A stretch of DNA of 64,000 nucleotides from a bacterium. Lineage in GTDB: Bacteria > Sysuimicrobiota > Sysuimicrobiia > Sysuimicrobiales > Segetimicrobiaceae. The notes under the pieces were generated by a model. That model saw only the letters and a program-made list of their open reading frames with translations, ran no database searches and was not told the DNA's origin. The stretch is taken from the NCBI GenBank assembly GCA_035945995.1, contig DASYZR010000112.1, positions 3,230-67,229 on the forward strand, given 5' to 3'. Both the position numbers and the translations under genes were made by a program. Below are positions 1 through 8,687 of this stretch, in pieces; the stretch's first letter is position 1, and each line of letters begins with the position of its first letter.

Positions 1-37
1 ATATCCATCGGCCATCAGACCGAGCCTTCGGAGACAG

Positions 38-60
38 GTCGCCTCGTCGATACAGGCGAC
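38..60. promoter_or_regulatory. Inverted repeat gtcgcct-N9-aggcgac about 65 bp upstream of the mocR-family gene; candidate operator
   Basis: 7-bp perfect inverted arms read directly from the sequence. MocR/GntR regulators commonly autoregulate through repeats in their own upstream region (inference). Confidence 0.3.
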
Positions 61-124
61 TGCCTCCCCCTATGTGCAATCGACGTAATCGGTATGGCTA
101 ATTGAACATGATCGTGCTAAATTC

Positions 125-1771
125 ATGGTACCAATTCGACGCCACGCGATTGACTTGGAGGGGCACGTGAAGTTCTCGGCACCTGTCAACCTGGTGGGCT
201 TTCAGCTGCACCGCGATTCCGCTACCCCGCTGCACCGACAAGTGTACGACGGCCTGCGGCAAACCATCCTCGCAGGCCGACTCGTGTCTGGCGCACGTCT
301 ACCCTCCACGCGATCGCTCGCGGAGACACTGGAAATTTCCCGAAACACCGTCCTCTTAGCGTACGATCAACTCCTGATCGAGGGTTATGTCCGTGGAAAG
401 GTCGGGGCGGGGACGTATGTCGCGAACTGCCTTCCTGACGGCTTTCTCCGTCCGCACCTGAGCCCGGCGCCGAGCGGCCCCGGCCGCGCGCCTTCGCGAC
501 GCGGCGGCATCTTACGGCGGCCGGGGCAGCGACGAGCAATAATGTCGAATGCGAGCGAGTCTCGGCGGTTCCGGACCGGCGTCCCTGCGTTGGACGTCTT
601 TCCGTGGAAGCTGTGGGTACGGTTGCTGGCCCAGCCGCCTCGGCCGTTTCGCATCGGCCTCCCTGCGTTGGACGTCTTTCCATGGAAGCTGTGGGGACGG
701 TTGCTGGCCCGGAGGTGGCGCTCCCTCTCCCCGTCCCTCGTGGGCGGCAAGCATCCGTCGGGATACCGGCCGTTACGAGAGCTCGTCGCAGCCTATCTGA
801 GAGACGCTCGAGGGCTCGTCTGCACGCCCGATCAGGTGATTCTCGTCGGCGGCTCGCAACAGGGCTTCGACCTCGCGGCTCGCGTCCTCCTTGAACCGAG
901 GGCCGCCGTCTGGGTGGAGAATCCCGGGTATCCATGGGCGCACGGCCTTCTCCGTGCGGCCGGTGCGCGGTTGATCCCCGTGCCGGTGGATGCTGAAGGG
1001 CTCGATGTCACCGCCGCTGTCACAAAATACCGGCACGCGCGATTGGCGTTCGTCACTCCGAGCCATCAGTTTCCTCTCGGCGCTACCATGAGTGTCGCCA
1101 GACGATTGTTACTGCTGCAGTGGGCCAGCCACCACAATGCGTGGATCTTGGAAGACGACTACAACAGTGAGTACCGGTATCATGGCCAACCCCTACCCGC
1201 GTTACAGGGCCTGGACCCCAACGGACGGGTGATCTACCTCGGGACGTTGAGCAAGGTACTGTTTCCCGGACTACGTCTGGGGTACCTCGTCGTGCCGCCA
1301 GACTTGATCGATGCGTTTTCCGCAGCGAGTTTTTTGGCAGGATACTATCCTCCGATCCTGAGCCAGGCCGTGCTCGCCGACTTCATCGCCGAGGGGCACT
1401 TCGGCCGCCATATCAGGCGCATGCGTTCCCTGTACGAGGAGCGTCAGGGGTGTCTAGTAGAGGCCGCAAAGCGGCGGTTGACAGGCCTTCTCGAAGTCGC
1501 CGCCGCGACAGCGGGGATGCACCTGGTTGGTCGGCTGGTCGGATGGGCAAGTGATACCGCGGCGGCAGAACGCTGCGCTTCCCAGGGCATCGACGTCGTG
1601 CCGCTCTCAGTGTGCTGCGTAGAGAAGGTCCGCAAGCGCGCGCTGTTACTAGGTTACGCCGCCTACGACGAACGCGCGATCATCGATGGCGTTCAGCGGA
1701 TGGCAGTGGCACTTCGGCCAAACGATAGGATGCCCTTACGTCGCACACCGGCCGCATCTGTCCGGATGTGA
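125..1771 (+). CDS. GntR/MocR-family transcriptional regulator (N-terminal wHTH plus aminotransferase-like PLP domain)
   Basis: N-terminal GntR HTH (RQVYDGLRQTILAGRL...LPSTRSLAETLEISRNTV). C-terminal aspartate-aminotransferase-like fold with the typical MocR length. Contains an in-frame 78-bp tandem duplication (see repeat feature). Confidence 0.85.
   Translation: MVPIRRHAIDLEGHVKFSAPVNLVGFQLHRDSATPLHRQVYDGLRQTILAGRLVSGARLPSTRSLAETLEISRNTVLLAYDQLLIEGYVRGKVGAGTYVANCLPDGFLRPHLSPAPSGPGRAPSRRGGILRRPGQRRAIMSNASESRRFRTGVPALDVFPWKLWVRLLAQPPRPFRIGLPALDVFPWKLWGRLLARRWRSLSPSLVGGKHPSGYRPLRELVAAYLRDARGLVCTPDQVILVGGSQQGFDLAARVLLEPRAAVWVENPGYPWAHGLLRAAGARLIPVPVDAEGLDVTAAVTKYRHARLAFVTPSHQFPLGATMSVARRLLLLQWASHHNAWILEDDYNSEYRYHGQPLPALQGLDPNGRVIYLGTLSKVLFPGLRLGYLVVPPDLIDAFSAASFLAGYYPPILSQAVLADFIAEGHFGRHIRRMRSLYEERQGCLVEAAKRRLTGLLEVAAATAGMHLVGRLVGWASDTAAAERCASQGIDVVPLSVCCVEKVRKRALLLGYAAYDERAIIDGVQRMAVALRPNDRMPLRRTPAASVRM
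583..738 (+). repeat. 78-bp in-frame tandem duplication (2 units; first ~50 nt near-identical) inside the mocR coding region
   Basis: Unit 1 is 583-660 and unit 2 starts at 661. ccctgcgttggacgtctttcc[g/a]tggaagctgtggg[t/g]acggttgctggcc is repeated, encoding PALDVFPWKLW.RLLA twice. Confidence 0.85.
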
Positions 1772-2054
1772 GACAGCCGACGATCCGTTGAACGCGCCAA
1801 ATGGGAATACCGACAATCAAGCCCAGACTCGTTTTGGACTTGTACCTCCTGCGCGCCCCCCCGGACGGAAGCGAGAAACATGATGTGCGACATGTCCACC
1901 CGCCGAAAGAGGAGCGAAGGTCCCGGAACGGAATCCCCGGTCAGCGCGACCCGGCCCCAGGACATCGTGGGGCCAAGTGTGGCCGATCGAGCTCGCCGTA
2001 TGGAGACTGGTCCGCCGGCCGGCTGTGGAGGCCGCGATCCCGAGGAGGTGCCCG

Positions 2055-3596
2055 ATGCGGAGCTGGATTGCCCCGACGCTTGCAGGCCTGATGGTGGCCG
2101 GTCTCATCGCCGCCGCATCCGCCCAGGGCGGCCGGCGGGGCGGAACCTTGACCGCCGCGATCGACCGGGACCCGCCCACGATGGACCCCCACCGCTCCGG
2201 CTCCGCCGTGGACCGCCAAGTGTACCAGAACCTGTACGACAAACTCGTGGACACCGACGCCAGGCTGGCCATCGTTCCGATGCTCGCAACCTCCTGGGCG
2301 ATCTCGCCGGACGGGAAGGCGGTCACGTTCAAGCTCCGCCCCAGCGTCAAGTTTCAGGACGGGACTCCGTTCAACGCGGACGCGGTAAAGTACAACTTCG
2401 ACCGGATGAAATTCGACTCCACGTTCCCGTCGAACCGGCGCAGCGAGCTTGGACCGATGGCCGGGGTCACGGTCGTCGATCCCTCGACGGTTCGGATCAT
2501 CCTGGAGCAGCCGTACAGCCCATTACTGTACGTCCTGACGGACCGGGCCGGGATGATGGTGTCACCCGCGGCGGCACAAAAGGAGGGCCTCAACTACGCG
2601 CTGCATCCGGTGGGCACCGGGCCGTTCTCATTCGTGGAGAAGGTCCCTCAAGATCACATCACGCTGCAGCGGAACCCGGATTACTGGGGGAAGGGGTTGC
2701 CCTATCTCGAGCGGGTCGTCTTCCGCGAGATCACCGACGACAACGCCCGCGTGGCAAACCTGAAATCCGGCGATGCGCAGATCATCAACATCGTCCCGGC
2801 GGCGCAGGTGCAGGCGCTCGCGAAGGAAGCCGCCCAGCCCGGCTCGCGCTTCCGGCTGATCGAGGCCGGCGCGATGGCGTGGACGGCACTCCCGCTCAAT
2901 ACGACCAAGCCGCCGTTCGACAACAAGCTGCTCCGGCAGGCCTTCAACGCCACGATCAACCGCGAGGCGATCGCCAACGTCGTCCTTCAAAAAGCGGTCT
3001 ACCCGGCGTACTCGTTCTTCCCGAACGGCACGCCCGCCTACGATCCGACATGGAAGCTGCCGCCGGCCAATGTCGGGCTTGCCCGGGCGAAGCTCAAGGA
3101 GGCCGGCCGCCCGGACGGGTTCGAGTTCACGCTGCTGATTCTGCCGGGCGGGCAACGCCAGGCGGTCGGTCAGGCGATCCAGGCGATGGCGGCGGAGGCG
3201 GGGATTCGTGTGAAACTCCAGGTCGTCGAGGAGGGCGCGATCATCGACGCGATCAGCCACCTGACGCATCAGGCCGCGCTAAGTGAATGGAGCGGGCGCC
3301 CCGACCCGGATTTCGACATCTACCCGTTTACCACGAAGTCGGGGATCGGATCGTTCAACTACGCCGGCTACGTCAACCCGAAGCTCGAGACGGCCCTCGA
3401 CGCGGCGCGATACCTGAGCAACATGAGCCAGCGCCGGCGGGCGTACGGCGAAGCGACCAAGATCCTCGCCGACGACATGCCGTACGTCTGGCTCTACTTT
3501 CCGAAGGAGTACAAGCTGGTCTCAACTCGGGTGGGGGGTTTCGTCGATCAGCCAGACGGGATGATGCGGTTCCGGAGCGTGTGGCTCGGGCCGTAG
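2055..3596 (+). CDS. ABC transporter substrate-binding protein, family 5 (peptide/nickel/opine type), orphan (no adjacent permeases)
   Basis: ATG at 2055 preceded by GAGGAGG. Signal peptide MRSWIAPTLAGLMVAGLIAAASA. Family-5 SBP motifs (AIDRDPPTMDP, ATSWAISPDGK..FKLRP.VKFQDGTPFNADAV). Confidence 0.85.
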   Translation: MRSWIAPTLAGLMVAGLIAAASAQGGRRGGTLTAAIDRDPPTMDPHRSGSAVDRQVYQNLYDKLVDTDARLAIVPMLATSWAISPDGKAVTFKLRPSVKFQDGTPFNADAVKYNFDRMKFDSTFPSNRRSELGPMAGVTVVDPSTVRIILEQPYSPLLYVLTDRAGMMVSPAAAQKEGLNYALHPVGTGPFSFVEKVPQDHITLQRNPDYWGKGLPYLERVVFREITDDNARVANLKSGDAQIINIVPAAQVQALAKEAAQPGSRFRLIEAGAMAWTALPLNTTKPPFDNKLLRQAFNATINREAIANVVLQKAVYPAYSFFPNGTPAYDPTWKLPPANVGLARAKLKEAGRPDGFEFTLLILPGGQRQAVGQAIQAMAAEAGIRVKLQVVEEGAIIDAISHLTHQAALSEWSGRPDPDFDIYPFTTKSGIGSFNYAGYVNPKLETALDAARYLSNMSQRRRAYGEATKILADDMPYVWLYFPKEYKLVSTRVGGFVDQPDGMMRFRSVWLGP

Positions 3597-3649
3597 TCAC
3601 GGTCCACCCGCGCAGCTCCGGATGCTTGTGTCCGCCCGTGCGATCGGGC

Positions 3650-4423
3650 CTACGCGAGGCCGAGGCTTCGCAGGAACGCGATCGCGCGCGGGACCGCGGT
3701 CCGTCCGGCCTCCTCGCCCTCGTACTCGATGGAGACGGCGCCGCGGTACCCGGCGCCGCCCAGCAGGTCGATCGCCCCGGCGTTGTCGATCCCGGCGTCG
3801 CGCCCGTCCGGCCCGACGCGCGTGAACTTTGCGTGCACGTGGCGGGCGAGCGGCGCCGTGCGGACGATCGACGGCCGGCCGTCCAGATAGTTTCCGGTGT
3901 CCAGGAGCAGGCCGAGCGCCGGGCTCGCGACGGCGTCCAGGACGGCCGCCACGTCGTCGGCCGTCTGGACAAACCCGCCGTGGTTGTGGTTCTCCAGCAC
4001 GAGCGACACCCGGGCGCCTTCAGCGCGGGCGCATACTGAGCGCAGCGACGCGACCATCGCGGGCCACCGCGCGGCGCGGTCCCCCTCCGGCCAGCCGGCG
4101 AACGTTCGCAGGAACCGCGAGCCGAGATCACGGGACGCCCGCATCCAGGCGATGGTGCGCTCCTCTTCGGCGCGACGCCGGCCGTCGTCGGCCAGCCCGA
4201 AGTTGTTCATGAGCGCGATGTTCACGATCTCGAGGCCGTGCCGGGACGCGGCGCCGGTCAGCTCGCCGACGCGCGCGGCCGTCGGCTCCCCGACGTGCTT
4301 GTCCTCGAGCTCCACCGTCCGCAGCCCCAAATCCTCGGCGCACAGCCGGAACCACTCCCCGAGCCCGAGACGCCCGGCGTCGATCTCGTCGGCATAGGAT
4401 TGTGAGCTGCACGAGAGATACAC
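3650..4423 (-). CDS. Sugar phosphate isomerase/epimerase (xylose-isomerase-like TIM barrel; IolE/MocC-like)
   Basis: 257 aa with an AP-endonuclease-2/xylose-isomerase-like TIM-barrel pattern (VSLVLENHNHGGFV, LLLDTGN). GTG start with AGGAG RBS. Confidence 0.75.
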   Translation of the reverse strand: MYLSCSSQSYADEIDAGRLGLGEWFRLCAEDLGLRTVELEDKHVGEPTAARVGELTGAASRHGLEIVNIALMNNFGLADDGRRRAEEERTIAWMRASRDLGSRFLRTFAGWPEGDRAARWPAMVASLRSVCARAEGARVSLVLENHNHGGFVQTADDVAAVLDAVASPALGLLLDTGNYLDGRPSIVRTAPLARHVHAKFTRVGPDGRDAGIDNAGAIDLLGGAGYRGAVSIEYEGEEAGRTAVPRAIAFLRSLGLA

Positions 4424-4426
4424 GGG

Positions 4427-5407
4427 CTACTCCTGGGGGACCGGCGTCGGCGCGCCCCCGCTCCGGATGCTGGCGTAGGCGGCCTCGAGTACGGCAATGC
4501 TGTGCAAAGCCTCGCGCACGCCGACCGGCGGCGGTGCCTGGCCCAGGCAGGCGTCGACGAACTCGCGGTCCTCGTCCACGTAGCCCCACAGGGTGACCCG
4601 GTCCGGCGAGGGCAGGTGTTCCCACGGCGCCTCGGGCGTCTCGCGCGTCGTGTGCCGCACGCGGTCGAGATCCTCCGAAGCGAGGAGTGCGTGGTCGCCG
4701 TACAGTTCCACGCGTTCTTGTGGAAGCGCCCACGAGGCGTGGCCGCACGTGGTGAAGGCGACGGGCCGGTCGCCGCACTGCAGCAGCATCGCGATATCGT
4801 CGTAGTCGGGGTAACAGCTCCGCCGCCCAAGGGCCGTGACCCGCTCGACGGGCCCGACGAGCCACGCCACCATGTCGACGAGGTGCACGGCGGTATCGTA
4901 CATGAACCCCCCGCAAATCTCCACGTTCGTATACCAGCCCGGCGTCAGCATGTCGCCGTCGTTCATCTTCACGTTCGCGGAGTACGGTACGAAGCCGGCG
5001 TCGATTCGCTCTTTCAAATATCGGTACGCCGGCGCCCAACGCCTATTGAAGCCCATCTGATAGACGCGGCCGGCGCGCTTCACGCCTGATGCGACCGCGC
5101 GCCCGTCCGCAAGCGTGGTCGCCATCGGCTTCTCGCAAAACACGTGCAGTCCGCGGTCGAGCGCCTCGAGCACGACCCCGGCGTGGAAGGCGTTGGGCAG
5201 CGTGACGAAGACCGCTTCCGCGCCGGCGTCCGCGAGATCCGCGAGGTCCCGGCACGGCCGCGCCCCGGCCACCGCCGCCGCGGAACGGGCGGCCGCTTCC
5301 ACCGCGTCGGCGACGCCGACCACCCGCGCGCGCTCGTCCCGCGCCAGCGCCTCCAGATGACGCCGGCCCATCGCCCCCGCGCCGATCAGCCCGACCTTCA
5401 CGCCCAC
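4427..5407 (-). CDS. Gfo/Idh/MocA-family NAD(P)-dependent oxidoreductase
   Basis: N-terminal Rossmann GVKVGLIGAGAMGRRH plus the EKP motif (VFCEKPMA). Confidence 0.8.
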   Translation of the reverse strand: MGVKVGLIGAGAMGRRHLEALARDERARVVGVADAVEAAARSAAAVAGARPCRDLADLADAGAEAVFVTLPNAFHAGVVLEALDRGLHVFCEKPMATTLADGRAVASGVKRAGRVYQMGFNRRWAPAYRYLKERIDAGFVPYSANVKMNDGDMLTPGWYTNVEICGGFMYDTAVHLVDMVAWLVGPVERVTALGRRSCYPDYDDIAMLLQCGDRPVAFTTCGHASWALPQERVELYGDHALLASEDLDRVRHTTRETPEAPWEHLPSPDRVTLWGYVDEDREFVDACLGQAPPPVGVREALHSIAVLEAAYASIRSGGAPTPVPQE

Positions 5408-5497
5408 GGATCGATCACCACTTTTGTGAATTCCAGCGGGAGCCCGCCACCGCCTTCACGAACGACCCTGGCATTCGAGGCGGTGGGGAGGCGATTG

Positions 5498-6775
5498 ATG
5501 GGCAGGACCGCCAGCGAGCGGCTCGCACTGCATGGCGGGACACCGGTTCGCACCGAACCGCTCCTGCCCGGTTATCCCGGCGGTCTTCTGATCGGCGCGG
5601 AGGAAAAGGCCGCGGTGCTCGAGGTCCTGGACAGCCAGAGCCTCTTCCGCCACTACGGCCCCAAGCCCCTCGGGAAGGCCGCCGAGTTCGAGCGCGCGTT
5701 TGCGCGCGCGATGGGCACGCGCCACGCCGTCGGCGTCACGTCGGGCACCGCCGCGCTCATGACCGCGCTCGCCGCCCTCGGCGTGGGGCCCGGCGACGAG
5801 GTGATCGTCCCGACCTACACATGGATCGCCACGATCAACGCCGTCGTGGTGCTCGGCGCGGTGCCCGTGTTCGTGGACATCGACGAGAGCCTGAACATGG
5901 ACCCGCGCGCGGTGGAGGCCGCGGTGACCTCCGCCACCAAGGCGATTCTGCCGGTGCACATGCGGGGTGCGGGCGCCGACATGGCGCCGATTCTCGAGAC
6001 CGCGCGCCGGCACCGGCTCCGCGTTGTGGAAGACGCCGCGCAGGCGGTGGGAGGCCGGTATCGAGGCACGCGGCTCGGCACGTTCGGCGATCTGGGGGCG
6101 TTCAGCCTGCAGTATCACAAGGTGATCACCACGGGCGAAGGCGGCGTGGTCGTGACGCAAGACGCCGCGCTCTACGACCGCGCGGTCCGCTACCACGATC
6201 AAGGCTCGGCGCGCATGCAGGAGCTCGACGAGACGCTGCCGGGCGGCAACCCGCTCATGATCGGCCTCAACTTCCGGATGGGCGAGATCACGGGCGCGAT
6301 CGGGCTCGTGCAGCTCGGACGGATGGAGGGCATCATCGAGCGCATGCGCGCGCACAAGCGGGCGATCCTCGACGGACTGACAGGTGTTCCCGGCCTGACC
6401 CCCCGTCCGCTCCCCGATCCCGGCGGCGACACGGGCGCCACGCTGATGTTCTTCCAGCCGTCGGCGGAGCAGACGCGCGCCTTCAGCGCCGCCCTCAACG
6501 CGGAGGGAATCCGCAACACCGTGGCCTGGGACAGCGGCCAGCACGTGTACTATCACTTCGACCAGATCATCGAGCGCCGCCTGTTCGCGGAGCGGCACTG
6601 CGCGTGGGAGTGCCCCCACTACCGGGGCCGCGCCCGCCTCGAGAAGGGCATGTTTCCGCGGAGCGACGATCTGCTCACGCGCGCAATCCATGTCGATCTG
6701 CATCCGCTCATGACCGAGCGGGATGAGGCGGACATCGTGCGCGCGATCCGAAAAGTCTCGCATGCGCTTAGTTGA
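5498..6775 (+). CDS. DegT/DnrJ/EryC1/StrS-family PLP-dependent aminotransferase
   Basis: ATG at 5498 is in frame with ORF 5144..6775 and preceded by GGTGGGGA. Motifs LGVGPGDEVIVPTYTWIAT and the Schiff-base lysine context (SLQYHKVITTGEGG). The upstream 118-codon extension of the ORF is non-coding-like. Confidence 0.85.
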   Translation: MGRTASERLALHGGTPVRTEPLLPGYPGGLLIGAEEKAAVLEVLDSQSLFRHYGPKPLGKAAEFERAFARAMGTRHAVGVTSGTAALMTALAALGVGPGDEVIVPTYTWIATINAVVVLGAVPVFVDIDESLNMDPRAVEAAVTSATKAILPVHMRGAGADMAPILETARRHRLRVVEDAAQAVGGRYRGTRLGTFGDLGAFSLQYHKVITTGEGGVVVTQDAALYDRAVRYHDQGSARMQELDETLPGGNPLMIGLNFRMGEITGAIGLVQLGRMEGIIERMRAHKRAILDGLTGVPGLTPRPLPDPGGDTGATLMFFQPSAEQTRAFSAALNAEGIRNTVAWDSGQHVYYHFDQIIERRLFAERHCAWECPHYRGRARLEKGMFPRSDDLLTRAIHVDLHPLMTERDEADIVRAIRKVSHALS

Positions 6776-7931
6776 CGTGGCGCGCCCGCTCGGCGTCGCG
6801 GTCCTCGGCTACACGGGCGTCGCGCGGGCGCACCTCACCGCCCTGCGCCGTCACGCCGAACTCTTTCCGGACGCCCCGGCGCAGCCGCGGCTCGTCGCGC
6901 TGTGCGGGCGGACGCGGGAGGCGGTCGAGGAGGCGGCCCGGCGGTACGGCGCCGAGCGGTCCGCGACGGAGTGGCAGGCCCTCGTCGACGATCCGGCCGT
7001 CGATGTGCTCATCAACGCGGCCCCGAACGACCTCCACGCGGCACCGAGCATCGCCGCGCTGCGCGCCGGCAAGGCGGTGCTGTGCGAAAAACCGCTCGGC
7101 CGGACGGCCCGTGAGGCGGCGGAGATGGCGCGGGCCGGCCGCGAGAGCCGGCGCGTCGCGATGACCGGGTTCAACTACCGGTTCATGCCGGCGGTGCTGC
7201 TCGCGCGCCGCATGGCCGAGTCGGGCGAGTTGGGGCGCCTCTACCACTTCCGCTGCCGCTACAGCGACGACTCGCTGGTCGATCCGCGCTCGCCCTGGGG
7301 ATGGCGCCACGACCGCGAACGGGCCGGGAGCGGCGTGATCGGAGACCTCGCCGCCCATCCGCTCGACCTCGCCCTCGCCCTGGCCGGGCCGATCACCGCG
7401 GTCACGGCGGCAACGCGGACGTTCATCGCCGAACGGCCGCACGGCGCGGGGATCGCGCCGGTGACGGTCGAGGACGCCGTCGCCGCCACGCTCGAGTTCC
7501 AGAGCGGGGCCGTCGGCACGCTGGAGGCGAGCGGGATGTGCCCCGGCCGCAAGAACCTGTTCACGTTCGAGCTCAACGGCGCGCGCGGCACCGTGGTCTG
7601 GGATCTCGAGCGTTTGAACGAACTGCGGGTGTATCACGGCGACGGGGACGCGCGCGGCCTCGCCGACGTGCTCGTCACCGAGCGACATCATCCCTACGGC
7701 GGCCGCTGGTGGCCGCCCGGGCACACGCTCGGCTGGGAGAGCGGCTTCGTCCACCAGATCGAGGAGCTGGTCCGCCGCGTCGCGGGGACCGGCGGGCCGG
7801 TGGCCGGCGCCACGTTCGCGGACGGCCTCGCGTGCGCGCTCGTCTGCGACGCGCTGCTGACCGCGGCGGAGAGCGGCCGGCGGATCTCGGTGCCGCCCGT
7901 GCCCGAAGACCTGCGTTCGGATCCCGGGTAA
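6762..7931 (+). CDS. Gfo/Idh/MocA-family oxidoreductase
   Basis: VAVLGYTG Rossmann region, LCEKPLG motif, C-terminal alpha/beta domain. The ATG at 6762 overlaps the DegT stop (coupled). Confidence 0.8.
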   Translation: MRLVDVARPLGVAVLGYTGVARAHLTALRRHAELFPDAPAQPRLVALCGRTREAVEEAARRYGAERSATEWQALVDDPAVDVLINAAPNDLHAAPSIAALRAGKAVLCEKPLGRTAREAAEMARAGRESRRVAMTGFNYRFMPAVLLARRMAESGELGRLYHFRCRYSDDSLVDPRSPWGWRHDRERAGSGVIGDLAAHPLDLALALAGPITAVTAATRTFIAERPHGAGIAPVTVEDAVAATLEFQSGAVGTLEASGMCPGRKNLFTFELNGARGTVVWDLERLNELRVYHGDGDARGLADVLVTERHHPYGGRWWPPGHTLGWESGFVHQIEELVRRVAGTGGPVAGATFADGLACALVCDALLTAAESGRRISVPPVPEDLRSDPG

Positions 7932-7958
7932 CCGCGACGGGCGAGGGACGCCAAAGCA

Positions 7959-7985
7959 GGCCGGCCGCAACGAACGCGGCCGGCC
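7959..7985. terminator. GC-rich hairpin (ggccggccgc-aacgaac-gcggccggcc) between convergent genes
   Basis: 10-bp perfect stem with 7-nt loop read directly. It sits between the 3' ends of the 6762..7931(+) and 8015..8332(-) genes. No U-tract, as is usual for high-GC genomes. Confidence 0.5.
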
Positions 7986-8014
7986 CCGGCGATCACGATC
8001 AGGGGATCAATGGT

Positions 8015-8332
8015 TCATTTCCTGTTCTGTTCACGGAGAATCTGGATAAGCTGCTTGTTCTCATCGAGGAGATGCTTGATGGTATCAGCCATCGTCGCCA
8101 TCATCGTCATCATTGCCTTCTCGTTGGCGGTCATGGGCATCTGTTGCATCGAGTGCATTTGCGTCATCATCTGGTTGTAGCTCTGGGTCGCCGCATTCTG
8201 AGCGTCTTGAGCCATATTGAGGCCCCCGGGCTCGTTCGCGGCGAACGCCCGATAGGATGCGATCGAGCCGCCCATGAGCAGGCCGATCAGCACGAGCACC
8301 ACGATGGTCGCCTTCTGCCAGCGTCGCGTCAT
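8015..8332 (-). CDS. Small Met/Gln-rich membrane-anchored protein (hypothetical)
   Basis: ATG preceded by GGAGGTG. N-terminal TM helix (ATIVVLVLIGLLMGGSIA) then MxxM-rich segment (QMMTQMHSMQQMPM...MMTMMATM). Local GC is far below window average. Confidence 0.5.
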   Translation of the reverse strand: MTRRWQKATIVVLVLIGLLMGGSIASYRAFAANEPGGLNMAQDAQNAATQSYNQMMTQMHSMQQMPMTANEKAMMTMMATMADTIKHLLDENKQLIQILREQNRK

Positions 8333-8687
8333 CGTCCACCTCCGTATGATCTCCCGCGCGTGCGGAAGTTTGGCATCGAATCCCTACACCTTCACCCGAT
8401 CAGGCCGCCGACCGTGGACGTACCGAAACCGACCGTGCGCGATGAAACCCCCCTCTCGACACCGTCATGCCGTTCACCATATAGAGGAGAGATAAAGCTT
8501 TGATAACGTTGCCCAGGTTCAGCGGGACGCGGAGACCTTCGCTTTCACCATCTATGTGGGAATTGCCATCAGCCATATCGGAAGGCATGGCCTCAACTGC
8601 GGGGTCGATACCCTTCAACGGCGAGCAGGTACGTTTGGCACTTCGTCGTGCCGGCGATCCAGTCCCGAAACTCTTGCTCGGCCGACC

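Noticed and set aside
5144-5497. N-terminal 118-codon extension of the DegT ORF
   Set aside because: Low-complexity Arg/Pro-rich and overlapping the divergent promoter region. The conserved DegT N-terminus and a good RBS begin at 5498.
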